The notes beneath the pieces are model-generated. The model did not search any database. It was not told the DNA's origin and saw only the letters and a list, made by a program, of their open reading frames with translations. Made by a program: the position numbers and the translations under genes. Positions 1-12,700 of a stretch of 64,000 nt of DNA are shown piece after piece; position 1 is the first letter of the stretch, and the number at the start of each line of letters is the position of its first letter. The DNA comes from Pavona decussata. Lineage: Eukaryota. The DNA lies in contig CDRNST010000060.1 in assembly GCA_977016875.1 (NCBI GenBank), positions 620,001 to 684,000 of the forward strand, written 5' to 3'.

Positions 1-290
1 GCCATACAATCAACAGTATAACAGGAAATTACTGCTCGAGTCCTTCCGTTTTTATGGCCGCTGTTTTAAACGATTTTATCCACCGATTGAAATTCTAGAA
101 GCACCTCATGCAGCATATGTAAACAGCGCCACAGGAAAATACCATTCAGAAGCAATCATTTAAATGGCCTGAATTTAGGATTTCATCTACCGATTCAAAA
201 GTTAGAACCAGCTTGTACAACATAATAAACAGCATGACAGGAAAGTACTCTTCGATCATCCAAACTTAAAAGCATAAACCACAGTTCATA
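1..290 (+). repeat. Degenerate ~100-bp dispersed tandem repeat family (copy 1)
   Basis: Motif string aatggc/tcacactttaggatttcatc..cagattcaaaagttagaaccac..ttgtaca.cataataaacagca..acaggaaagtactgctc recurs here and at 39260-39840, 44050-44450 and 48200-49180. Confidence 0.75.
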
Positions 291-2710
291 AATTGTTGAC
301 GTGAGGTTACAACTTAATTAACCCCCCAAATCGCGATAATCAAAATTCAGTTAGGTAAAGAGGGATGGCCAAATTGTCACTAAAACGTGTCCAAACAAGC
401 AATTATAGTTTTCCACACAAAGGGAATGCGGTGAAATTAGTTTGTGACAAAGTGATTTACCATTTATCTTGTATAACGAAGGGATATTTTAATCAGCACC
501 ATTATCTTTAAAGAGCAAGTAATTGTCCAGACACTTTGTACTCCATACTCGCTGTAGAAAGCGGTGACGATGTTTCTTTACGATTTTCATCGACTGGACG
601 ATCTTTCTTGACTGTTTCAATGCTCGCGTTTTTTATCAGGTTAATGACCTTCTTTTTTTTTTTTTTTTTTGGTTTTTATTGCTGCGTTCCGATGACTTCT
701 GGTTCTCCAGAATATAAACTGTTTGTTCAACTCCAATCCCATGTGTGGGCTTACTTCGATTTTCGAAATTGGCTTAATTTAAGCCTCCATTTCCTGCCAT
801 AGGGAACAATTACTACTGAAGACTGTTACCATATGTGGTGGGCACGCGATCTCAAACTGTCACACTCAACATTAATTTTAAAGATTTCTTCCAAAGGCTC
901 GAAGTTAGAATTGCCCCTTTACACAACTAAAACTTGATAAATTATTTGATTCTGGGCGGGCATGAAAAGGTTACTGCCATCGTGTGCCACACGGGCGCGA
1001 AGACGATATGTACGAAAAAGTTTAATCCAATTATTTTTTACCTTTTCGACAGGCTCCTTCTAGTCTGTTGAGGTTTATCTGCTGCGTGATGATGAGTTCT
1101 AAAACTTGTGGGATAAGTTTTAAACAACAATCGGAACAATAGCAGGAGAACATTAAACGCCTTAACGCCTTAACTCTTGATCGACCCATTCTTGAATTGT
1201 GGTTTGGTGCTGAACTGTGGTCTATTTTTAATTTGGATATATTATCTTACAGCGCGACCCCTGAATCGAAATCTGTTGGGTAGCCCACTCCTATAATAGA
1301 CGTATTGTTCTGTAATTTTTTTCCACGCTGGAAATTTCCAAGTTTAGACGAACAATGGTAGAAGGAGTTCAAGATTAGAGAGGTGAGACAGCCCGACCTC
1401 CAGTAGGGGGCAACTCCTCGGATTCTACGGGGAGGGGGCGTGCTAAAACCTAAACCGTTCTTTTGACCAATGATATTGAATTTTAAATCCTATTTTATAA
1501 CTTATCCCCAAACCGGCTTCCTCTTTTCAGACCGTATGTCAAAATCAATATCCTTTCCAGACAATATCGGCTCAGATACCCAGCAACTTGGAACTCACAG
1601 ATTTCTATGGGCAATGCGCCGTTCCCTCGGGAAAAAGGGACAGCGTGGGTCGTGCATTAGAGACAGATTTGGCCATCGGTCTCTTCAGTGGCGTGAGAAC
1701 AGTATATATTTTAAGTTATATTTAAAATAACATTTTATCCCATATCCCTTTATAACTTCGGCTGGAGATTTCCGGCTATTACTGTGGCGACGATATGACT
1801 CTAACGATTCCAAATTGTTATGTTTTTGTTTCTGTTTTAACTGTTTATTTTTTAAAATAACAACTCCACACGCCTTTGGAGCTAGAGTCAAACCTGGAGT
1901 CACGGTATGTGTTTCCCAAAAAAAATAAAAATCAATTAATTGAATACAAATATAACAAATGAAAGCTTTTTGGGTTTCAGTGGATGAAATGGATACCGGG
2001 CGCTGTCGAAGTTCTTTCTGTTGATGTACTTAGTGACTAAGTGTAACGGTACAAGTTAAGGCGTTTCTTTGTCTTGAAGCTGTTGATACAATCCTCAAGT
2101 GTGATCTTTTAAAGAAGCTGTAAGGCTTCTGAGCAGATCTGAGCAGTACTTGTTCTGTCTGTGGATGAGTCGCAAGCGTCACCGGTTTCTATATCATTGT
2201 TCTGTTTCGACAATTTGGTTGATTTTGTACTTCGGTCATGAGATAGTTACTACAATTGTGCGTAGTTTCTGTGGAAGGTTTTAATCCATTGTCAACATAT
2301 CATCCATAATTATTTAAAATATATAAAAATAGTTATTGAAAAATCCTTTCCAATAATAATCTTGATTAACAACGTGACTAAACCTTTTATCTCGATGAGA
2401 AAGGAATGCTTAAGTAAACTGATTCGCCCGAAAGACGATAAAAACTGTGTTTTACAAATTTAAAGGTCAACCCTGGTGAAACTGAAATATTTAGTAAAAC
2501 TGGTAAGGAATCCTTAGTGTGTGCGTGTTTTATTTTTTTTATCCTTTTTCTTTTATTTTTTACGTTGTTGTATTAAACCGCAAATGGAAACAAATAAACA
2601 GCTGTGTAAATAATCAAGTTCAGAATATAAAACTCAGGGTCAAAGGCTGGCAATTGCTTCTTGAAGCGGGCGCTCTTTTTAATATTTCGTGGAAATTTAC
2701 GCCACACGCG

Positions 2711-2761
2711 TAGTCTCCTTCGCAGCCGTTATTGGGGTCGTCACGGCTGCGAAGGAGACTA
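2711..2761. mobile_element. 51-bp foldback mini-MITE with 9-bp target-site duplication
   Basis: TIR tagtctccttcgcagccgt / acggctgcgaaggagacta; ccacacgcg on both sides (2702-2710, 2762-2770). Confidence 0.8.
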
Positions 2762-4057
2762 CCACACGCGTGGCTGCCACGAGATTCAAAGTTCGATCAA
2801 ATGTCTTCACTTTATTCTCACAATTAATTAGGTATCAAAAGTGTATCTTTTTCATTGGATTTGAGTAAACCGATTCCGGTGAAAGAGTACAATTTAGATT
2901 TAAGGCTTTTGCATTTATCAATATCCTCGCAAAGTGAACATGGCAGTTTGCTGGTCGACTCGTTCACCTTGTTCGCGGACCCGCGTAATTGGATTTCCAC
3001 CACACGCGTGACTGTCTCGAGACAGCTGACTTTGCGTGTTACGCGCAAGCCGTCGGGCATATCTGGATTAACTAAGATTTCTCGGCCTGTTTGACAGATT
3101 AGAAAACGAGAAGATGGAAATGTAAACATTAGGATTTGGGATCATTTAACTAACCAGCATGGCAGACAATCACGGAATGCTCAATTACCTCACGAGATTC
3201 TTCAACTGACGAACTTTTTAAGCTGGGCAGTTTAACAATAAAATTCAACCAGTTGCTCGGTATTACAATCCAAATGGATATCGCAGTTGCACATGCTGTG
3301 GTCATGGTTAACGGCGACATTTTGTCTTGATTCCTGTAATACTGTTTTCCTGCTGAATTGGCACGACCTCTTGCCTACATAAACACTAGAATGGTAATTG
3401 AGTGATCTTAACTCTGATACAGGTAACAATTTTTCTTGCTACTTGTCTCGCTAAAAGGATGTCTGGCGCTCCGAGTTGCACGGACACATCGGTTGTATTA
3501 CTCGTTTGATAAGAATTTTTTAAACATTTTTGGCGAAAAACATTTGCGTTGGTTGTATTAGCTTAGTTTGAAATGTGTCACAAAATGATTTGCAACACCC
3601 GAGTCACACATCCTTTTTGTCGTTCAGCTTAAAGAAATTTCAACTTCAAAAAAGAAAAAAAATGCAACTCTTTGTACAACTTAAAAAAAAAAACTACAAA
3701 AATTCAATTGCGTAAAAGGGGGGATTTTACACGTGAAAAAGATGCTCGTTACTTGCAGCAATTTGGGGAGAGACAACTGCAAAGAAAATTGTTATAGGTA
3801 AATGAAATCGTTCTCCGGGAAAAGGTTAATTTAATACCTCGCTGCGTATTTGTGGCAAATTCTTTTTCTTGTGCTACTAGTTATTGAAGCTTGTGCAAAG
3901 TTCAATGATTACACGTAAAAAATACTCCAAATATGAAAATATGAAACGGCCCTTGCACATCCTCAAGTGTAGTCTGCAAAACATCTTACAACTAAACTAT
4001 GGAGAACAAGCCTGCGCGTGCGCAGACCATGCTATTATGCATCGGAAAAGCTGAAGG

Positions 4058-4128
4058 TTGGCTCGTCACGCAATCTTGGGGAGGAAAGATTGCGTGACGA
4101 GCCAAAGGGCCGCGTGCGAGGGAGGCTA
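4058..4128. mobile_element. Partial MITE with internal hairpin, related TAG..CTA-ended family
   Basis: ttggctcgtcacgcaatctt-loop-aagattgcgtgacgagccaa hairpin ending in gggaggcta; related element ccctcccacgcag...ctgcgtgggaggcta at about 6851-6919. Confidence 0.55.
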
Positions 4129-7100
4129 GAAATAGGGAGGCAGTAATGAAAAGAGACGACTGCGGAGAGCAAACAGAGGGAAGTGCTTTACTCCTTGGAT
4201 ACAGGGACTCTCGTGTTCTGTTCTCCAGCTAACTGGCTGATCAAAGGTGCTGGTGGAGAGTAGAGCGGAGGCGCTTGGTAACGTCGCACTTTGGTTGGGA
4301 AAATCGCATGCATCGTTTGTTTGAGGCTAGTGGGTTGAAACCTGCAACGAAGAAAGATACTTGAATGCACTTTGTCTGTCTCTCTCTCTGGTCATTATAC
4401 TACACCTGACACGGATGTATATACTAGTTATGCAATGCTTTCGAGGAGTATACCGTGAAATATCCCACGAGTGACTTGATTTTTCTTAGTATGCACACGA
4501 GCCTTTGCCTGGCGAGCGGGATAATTCACGGTATACCACAAGAAAGCACTGCATAACTAATTTATCCCATGCCACTATTTGAATTAACTTTCCTGTTCGA
4601 CGTCTGGTTCCAGGAATTCAAAATTAAGGTCAAAACTGGGGTATTATTCTTCCATGTTTTAGTTGTTGACAGTAATTTTTTCTGAATGAAAATTTTGACC
4701 TGTCGCAGGCTCTTCAATCGATCTTTCGGCGGGAAAATTTGTAGGCGGCGAGGAACGCCGGGATTTTTTTGTGGAATACTACCCGTTGCATACCGCAGAA
4801 TATGCAACGGTTTTCTAGCTCTCTGATTGGCTGTATTCAGTATTCTCTATTGCATGGGATAAAAATGAGTACTGTGATATACTGCTGGGGGTAGACCCAC
4901 GATAGACAAGCACAACAATTAGAACATGCCGTCAAGAGGGAGAGGTAGTCCTAGTTACTCAATGCTACAGAAATCGGATTAAGCACCGCTGCCTTGAGCA
5001 GCACCCAAGACCAAGAATGACTCTGCCTTGTATTACTGCCAAGCAAGCCCAAGGAAAAAACAGGGAAAATGACGGTCTATTTTTGTAAAATACTTGAAAA
5101 CAAACAGTAAAACAGTACTGGCAGCTTGAAGTCCACACACTCAAACGATAGAGGCACATTAATTGATTCAGTGGAGGCTTGACTGCAATGCCTCTAAATC
5201 GCTCTGAATGGATCAGCGCCTTCGTACCAAATTGACTGACCGTAGCAATGTCTCCAGTTACTCTCCAAGAGACACAAACTCGCTGTTCCTCTTTCGAGTA
5301 CGAATTTTGCGAAAAATGGTTTTAGTTACTCTGGGTCATTTCTTTAGAATAACCTTTCCGTTGAGCTGCGCTGCGGAAGGCAAACCCCGTTGGAGCCTTC
5401 ATGGCTGGCTACAAACAAATCTTCCGGTGATTTACAAGGCACTTATGTAAAGCGGGCTTGAAGGATGACCGTGTCGAAACAAAGTTTTTTATCTGATTAA
5501 AGAAGGGACGCAATTTTCGGCGTCAGCCGTAGGAGAAAATCACCCCTTAGGCTAAGAATTGTCTAATCGTGTTGCGTTATTTACGCATGAATCACCCAAG
5601 CTGTCGACAAGTTAAGGAGGCCACAGGGAGCCCATGCTGGCTGTCGGCATTATTACAACTAGCGTGTGTGTTTATTTTCACAGAAAGGAATTATATGAGG
5701 ATTATCCACGCGATTTTAAGTGTGCATGTCTCAAAAGATCATGAAGAGCACTGCATATTTGAAGAAGAAAAAAAGCAAAACTAAATCAATCAGTTGGTCA
5801 AAAATGAGGCTAGGAAAACTCGTAAATTTGGGCTCTGAGAGGCTTCCAGTTTTTGATAAAGGCTAAAAAAGTATTTTCGGAGTCCTGGCTAAAACTCGTG
5901 GAGATATCGTGCAGTAAAACAGTGATTGTTTTGAAGAACAAGAAATTCAAGCTTCATTGTGTAGACTCATGCAAAGATAATGGAAGCCGGCCAACTGAAT
6001 CTAGAAAAATCTTTAAAATTTTGATAAAGCTGGCTGATGGCAACTGAATTTTCCCGCGGTTCAGATTCCCGCCACACAAACGATTATGATAATTTAAAGC
6101 TTGTTGTATTTTCTAGTAGAAAAAGTTACAAGGTTCAGTAAATACTGAGTTGGTGTGATGTGTAATGGACTTTATTACGGAACTAAATAAATGCAGATGA
6201 AGAATCTATTCATCATCAGTTGAAACTAAGAACTTTAAGAGACAACTTGATTAAAACCAGTAAGGAATTTTGGCGTGTGGCACTGAGGCTCTTGATCCAC
6301 TGACCGTCACGCTCAGCTAATGAGACAGACACCATCTTAAGAATTTGGGAGAATAGCAAAGAAATAAATCCAAGATCAGTCAGGGATCCTTTAGTTAGAT
6401 AAACTGCTTATATTTCACTGGCTAGGTCTGATAACTTCACTCCCAATGCGATATGTATTTGTTAAACAAGCCAGTCTGCATGTACATAATAGTTATACCC
6501 TGGATGAGTCTTCTCCTGGGATGAAAATTCTTTTTGTTTAAATGAGTGAGTGGCTTCATCCCGAGGTTTCAGAACGAAGTCATTTCAACCGAGAAGAACT
6601 TCACCCCGCCCGAAATTCGTCAAAAGGATACTAAATAGTGTCCAATGAAGACGAGAATTTACACAATTTTAAACAGGTTAAATATAATTTTGTTGTTCTT
6701 TGGCCTGAAGTGTTGTTTCCCGATGCATATTATTGCAGTTGGAAATAGAACATTGTTTTCGTTGAAGTTTTATCCCGGTGGGAGAATAGTATTGTTTTAC
6801 ATGAATTTTCAGCTATTTTTCACCCCAGGATGATCCCGCGCGGTGCTCAATACCCTCCCACGCAGGGTTCGTATTACTTTTGATCTCTTTACCACCAAAA
6901 CGACTGCGTGGGAGGCTAGATACTGATCAAAGACAGGTAAACTCAAGCAGGAACGAACAAATTTTACCGCGGAATCATGTAAACACTAAAAGAGAAAAAA
7001 AACAGACACCGAGACTGATGAAACTCATCTCGGGATTAACCCAGCTTGTCACGGGACGAGTTCACTCTCTGAACATGGCTCCTAGTCCCGTGGAATCGCG

Positions 7101-7929
7101 AAGTGGCAAACCTGTATGCATGCGGCGTAGCTGGCATTTATTTGGCCCGATTTCTCTAAACTACACTGTTTAAAAATAACGTCTTATTTGCCTGAGGCTC
7201 GGCCGGGACTGAACGTTCTTAGATTTTTAGTGATTGCAGCCTGAAAATGTTCTTTTGTGTTTCATGGTAAAGTATTTCGATAAATCGCTGTTATCATTAA
7301 TTAAATAATGCAATTCCAGATTTTTGATTGGCTCAGCGGGCATGGAATAACAGTCGTTACACACCATGCCAGGAAATAGCAGCCATCACGTGGTTTCCTG
7401 GTCTTTCTTGCAGGATGGCATCATAGTTGATTTTTAATAAGTTCCACTCGTGCTTGTTGGATTTGGGACGATTATAGTCAACTTGGTGCTACGCGTCTCG
7501 TTGGCACAACATCATCTCATATCCAACGCACACTCGTGATACATAATTGTTAAATGTATTCAAGTATTTTAGGTTTAATTGGACGATGCACATCATTGAT
7601 ATGATTTACCCTTTGAAAACAAGTGGGAAGCATAAACACGCCCATACCAAATCACGCCACCCCTCGGACAAGCACCCATTTGGTCACAAATACAAACCCC
7701 TCAGAAGTGAAAAGAAACAACAAATGAGCGACTATCCAGTTATCTAAGCAACTTGTCTGGGGCGCCCTGCACCGTTTGCAACGTCTTACATGGTTGGTCG
7801 AGAAGACAAAAGAACGAACAACAGAACAATGCTCCCAAATCTTAAAAAAACAAAACAATGCAGCTGCAGGTTATCAGGGTCCAGTGAATATTGAGCTTTT
7901 GAAAGGTACAGGTCGTCTTTCATCCGCAC

Positions 7930-8038
7930 TTCAAATATATGGATTTCATATATTTAACTCCACGATCTCTTCACCTCTGCGGGTATGTTACGAATTCACA
8001 ATATTACCAGTTCTCAGTGGGCTTGATAGCTCAGATGG

Positions 8039-8082
<44 letters not shown>

Positions 8083-8180
8083 AATCAAACCTTCAGGCCT
8101 TCTTTTCGCAGCTGCGGTGGGCTCTCAATAATTAATTCTTTCAGCATCCGTAGTTCAAATATATGAGTATCATAGTTCAC
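7930..8180 (+). mobile_element. tRNA-derived repeat (SINE-like), not a functional tRNA
   Basis: A-box tagctcagatggtagagc and B-box gggttcgaatccc at about 8025-8085, but non-canonical anticodon arm and no acceptor stem. Confidence 0.65.
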
Positions 8181-9797
8181 GCCAATAAAACGAAATTAGA
8201 AAATTGCTTGCATGTGATAAAGAAGGACGAATTTACTCCACTCATTCGAATGACGATACTTCAGGAATTTAAGTCAGGGCCACCTTAAATTATATGACCA
8301 AGCCTTTTGACTCAAGGAGCAACTGAAGAGTAGAAACTCGCCTTTAAGTGCAAAGATGGATGAGAACTAAAGTGTACTTTTGTTCCTCAATTTATTCCAA
8401 ATGTTTAAGTCCTGTAGACTCTGTAGCGTGTTGTGCTCGAAGAGTGATCCTCATCTTAATTCTCCATACATTTTGAAGCAGGCGAGTAGCAGCGAGATCA
8501 TTGAAACTCCTAACCTTTAAGATTAGTACCTTGTTGTTGCACCAAAGGTTTAAAATTCACATTCAAAGAAACATCTGAAACGCATTTGGGAGACTCAAGA
8601 CGCTGAGCTTTCCAGATTTGGTAATCATTGACCAGCCTCAAGCACATTCATAGTCATTTTTATTTTATCTGTTCAATAATTTCTCTTGTGAATTTACAAA
8701 TTATTTCCTAAAATAAATAATTCAATATAAAAATATTCTTGGGATTCAATAAATATATCCGAGTCCAATCACTTAATAAATATAATAAATTACAACTGAA
8801 ACATTTTAAAGGCCTTAAGCCTGTGGAAATTCAAAGATTTCAAACTTGGCTTGGGTCAATAAAGAGCTAGAGTCCTCGAGAATCGACCGAGTCTCTCTCT
8901 CCCTCACGCATGCGCTTCCATTGATTCCGATAAGGCAGATACCTTAAAGTTCTCAAAATTTACATAAAATTTAATGGGGGTCCTGACAACTCTAGCTCTT
9001 CCTGACAGATAAATATCTTACTGTTCATCTCTTTCAACTCTAGAAAACTTTTCTTCTTAATGGCGTTCTAACCAAGACAAGGGTTAAACAAGGGCACACT
9101 TGCTTTTTGCGATGACCCCATCAAATCTAAACCGGTTTAAAAATAAAAATCTCGTTCACATGGGGTCTCTTTAGCTCTCGCTCACTGTAGCGAGACCCGA
9201 TAAACGAAGTCGAAAAATAAAAAATATTATGCTTGCAAACTAGACAAAATAATACAACTCAATTCCTTGGCTTAATTACTGCAAGCGTGCAAAAGTTATC
9301 TTTACCGTATAAAAAGTATCTCTTAAATAATTATATAACAAAATCGGCAAACATTAAAAATATACTACTAGGGATTTAAATAAGCAATTTTACAGTTATG
9401 TGAAATAAATAGCTGTCCAAACGATTTCCAATTTTTTTCTTCCACGAAAGATACTTGACTTTTCGAATATCGAATACTCAGTATAAATTAAATATACTCA
9501 AATAGGCTATCCTTGCATTTTCAATATAAATACCATACAATAAAATCTCACTTTAACGAGATAATTCTCGCCTTTTTTCAGTTCAACGCGAATTGAAAAA
9601 CTGTTTCGTTTGACGAAGTCACTTGAATCTATCATTCACGTAGACATCGCAATGGATCGCCTCAATATGATATTAGACAATATTATATATCTTGCTAGTA
9701 TAATGTGTCTTTTATAAACAATAAATATTCATTCAGTAATAAATATTTTAAATAATGATGCCATGAATTCCATAAATCAACCTAAAGATCTCCTGTG

Positions 9798-12700
9798 TCA
9801 GTTCATGTCTATAAATTGCACGGATCTCTGTCCTAAGTTTGTCTTCCTCGCCGACTTGGTCCGTCCATCTCTTGTGATTCCCAGGTACCAATTGACATTC
9901 AACATTGATCTAAACGTTGTGTATCCTTTGGTAGATATATCTTGATGGAATACACATCCGCTGTCTGCTCTGGCCTGGTTGGATGGCTGCAAGATCAATA
10001 CAAGAGTTATTTAATATCAGGGTATTTCAGCCAAGTGGTCTAATCTTATCACACATAATGTCTGTTTGGGAGATGTTGCACCGCTGTCTATTAATGGTCG
10101 TGGGAATAATTCGCTGGGAGTATTCGCTGCCCATTCTATTTTCAGCAGAGGCTTGGTGTGCGGAAATCATGCCCAAATCTTTCCAGTCGATTTATTCTTT
10201 TATTCCTGAAAAACGCCCATTTTTTCCAGTGGAAAAACAACCTATAAATTACCATTATTTCCACGTCATAGATACCGCCGAACGCCCCCCAAAAACCTAT
10301 ATCAGGATATATATAGTTAAAAGTGCCTTTTTTATGACCAGAGCAGAAGGCCTTGGACCCATAAAATATCAATATTTTTAAATACATTTTTTGATTAATT
10401 AGTCCTACCTTACAATTGCAAATCAGACAACGTAATCTACAAAATCGATTGCCCTTCAAGCAACAGGGATAGCTATTTTGGATTCTTAATTTTTAAAGCT
10501 CTTATGCCCAGGAGTTATGAAATTTGTCCCTATTATTCCCGTAATTCTTCTGATAAAATTCTGATTCTATCTGATTTTCGGCTTCTCAAGAACTCTCGAA
10601 TAATCTTTCAAGCCGTGCGAAGCTACAGCCAACAAGCTGGGTGGTTTCAAATAGTAATATGAATTTGACTTTGGCAACCCTTCATGGATGTCAGAATACA
10701 TTAGAAACTCTGCGACATTTTCTGGTAGTCGGATATAAAGTAGGACCTTGTGCAGGTTCGCGACCTCTTCGAGGAAACGGGGATTCGAGACAACAAAGAC
10801 GGTATTAAATTACAAACTTTTCAATGACCTAGTATAATGAATGTACGTAAAATATCGAACAACTTTGCCATTTCTTACAAATCCACTAAGTGTTATTTCT
10901 TAGCTTCTCGTGGACAACGGGGCTAAATTTCTAAAAACGTTGCAGTGGTAATTCCGGCATGTGTGAAACAAAAACCCTACCGTGTTTACAAGACTTTGTA
11001 ATACAACATTTAGAGTTGAAAAATGGCAAGAGGCGAGGGATTCATCTACATCTAATCTTAACTAAGTCGGTAAAAATCCTGATCAGATATCACACCAAGT
11101 ATTAACAAAAAATCTGTACATATTAAAAACCCCATGGGCATCCATTCCCGGGATAAAATTTGACTCGGGGGAATGACAAATACCGTCCGATATAAAGGGT
11201 GTTTCGAGATAGCTGTCCGGCTGGGGGACTTAGGAAAATGGAGCGCTTGAATAAGCGAGGTTCGAGATGTGGTTCCACGGTATGATAGTAAGACCACCCA
11301 GCCTAGGAAACAGAAAGAGAGACATTCGCTTATCAACGACGAATCTAGACTCTCTTATTAGTGCGACATCGTCTAAGACTGGATCATACGCGTTGCTTTA
11401 ATTGCTTGTGACAAGCTAGAAAAGGTGTGCAAATGGGAGCTCATTTTACCTGGGATTTCAATAACGTAGACGAATGATCTCAGACAGATTCAATTATCTT
11501 GGGCTCAAATCAAACGCGACTAAATTCGACCTACGTCTCAGGCCTTTTGTCCTCAGATTTTCACTGACTCCCTTATCTGACGCTCTATCGATGTTAAGTA
11601 CTTCGCCAGACGATCAGATATGATCTTAATGGTTTTAAGTGATTGTTTCTCGATTTCTTTATCACTGTATCAGGTAGGCCACTTAACATTTTGGGTAATG
11701 TGCTCTAAACTGCTTGCTTCGGTGGTGTTAAAACTTAAATTGCTCGCTAAGTACTGGCAAGAAGCTGATTTCGTCTCGGTATACCTTCCACTTTGACAGC
11801 TGCATCTAATCGCGTAGATGATAATCCTCGAGTCGTCTTTTGAGTCTTTGGATGAAATCCTGAACTGCCAGAATTTATTACACTGTGCATTCAAACGCAA
11901 GCTCAGCACTTAGCTCTACTTTCATGTCGTTAATTTTCTGCAACTATGGCTTTGTTGGAATCTGTGGGTGAAGTTGCATAACACCCTCAACTCTTAACTT
12001 TTCACAAAACCTACTGTGTGAATTTTTTTTTTCTGTCGTAACAAGGTTGGTCCATGGATAGCTTCAAATAAAAGCTACTATGCATTACCTTGCCGTAGTA
12101 CCTAGAGTTTATCATGCTGTACAAAGTGGTTCAAATGTTTAGGGGTGTGGATGATGCCGGTTGTTAAATGAAACTGGGCTACCGAGAAACGGTTTTCAAT
12201 TTTTCTCCGAGAAATGTTCTGAACATTTTGACACTTGGCATCACAAATTGAACCTTGAGGGCAAAGCTGGGTGTCATTTGTCTCTTCCTTCCTTTTTACA
12301 AATGATTACATCACGTTTTCAATGCCCACGTCTTCACCTCATTTCCGCACACTGTGTACTTTGAAAATACCAGCCCAATACCTTTTTTTTCCACCTAGTT
12401 GTAATATTTTGGATCTCATAAACGATCTTTCTCTGTTAATTTGTGATTCTACTACCACATGTCTGAATCTCATGGAATGCTTTTGTGTGTGTCTGTCTCG
12501 ATGATGGCGCATCACTCACCCCCTATACTCGACAGGGTGACACGACGCACCCGTCTGCGGTTGAAGATTTTCTTCGGAATAATAGTTCTTTGACTAACTT
12601 TACCGCATTCTTTCTGGTCTAAATGAAAACTTTCCTAAAGAAAACACGAGCCTGAGAAAAAAATCACTGTTGCGCACATCCGAGACGATTGTAGCATCAC

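Noticed and set aside
505-1140. Minus-strand exon-like pieces (donor near 1041, acceptor near 793)
   Set aside because: Every splice frame meets an early stop; no recognisable product
8020-8095. Functional tRNA gene
   Set aside because: No 7-nt anticodon loop or acceptor stem; embedded in a repeat
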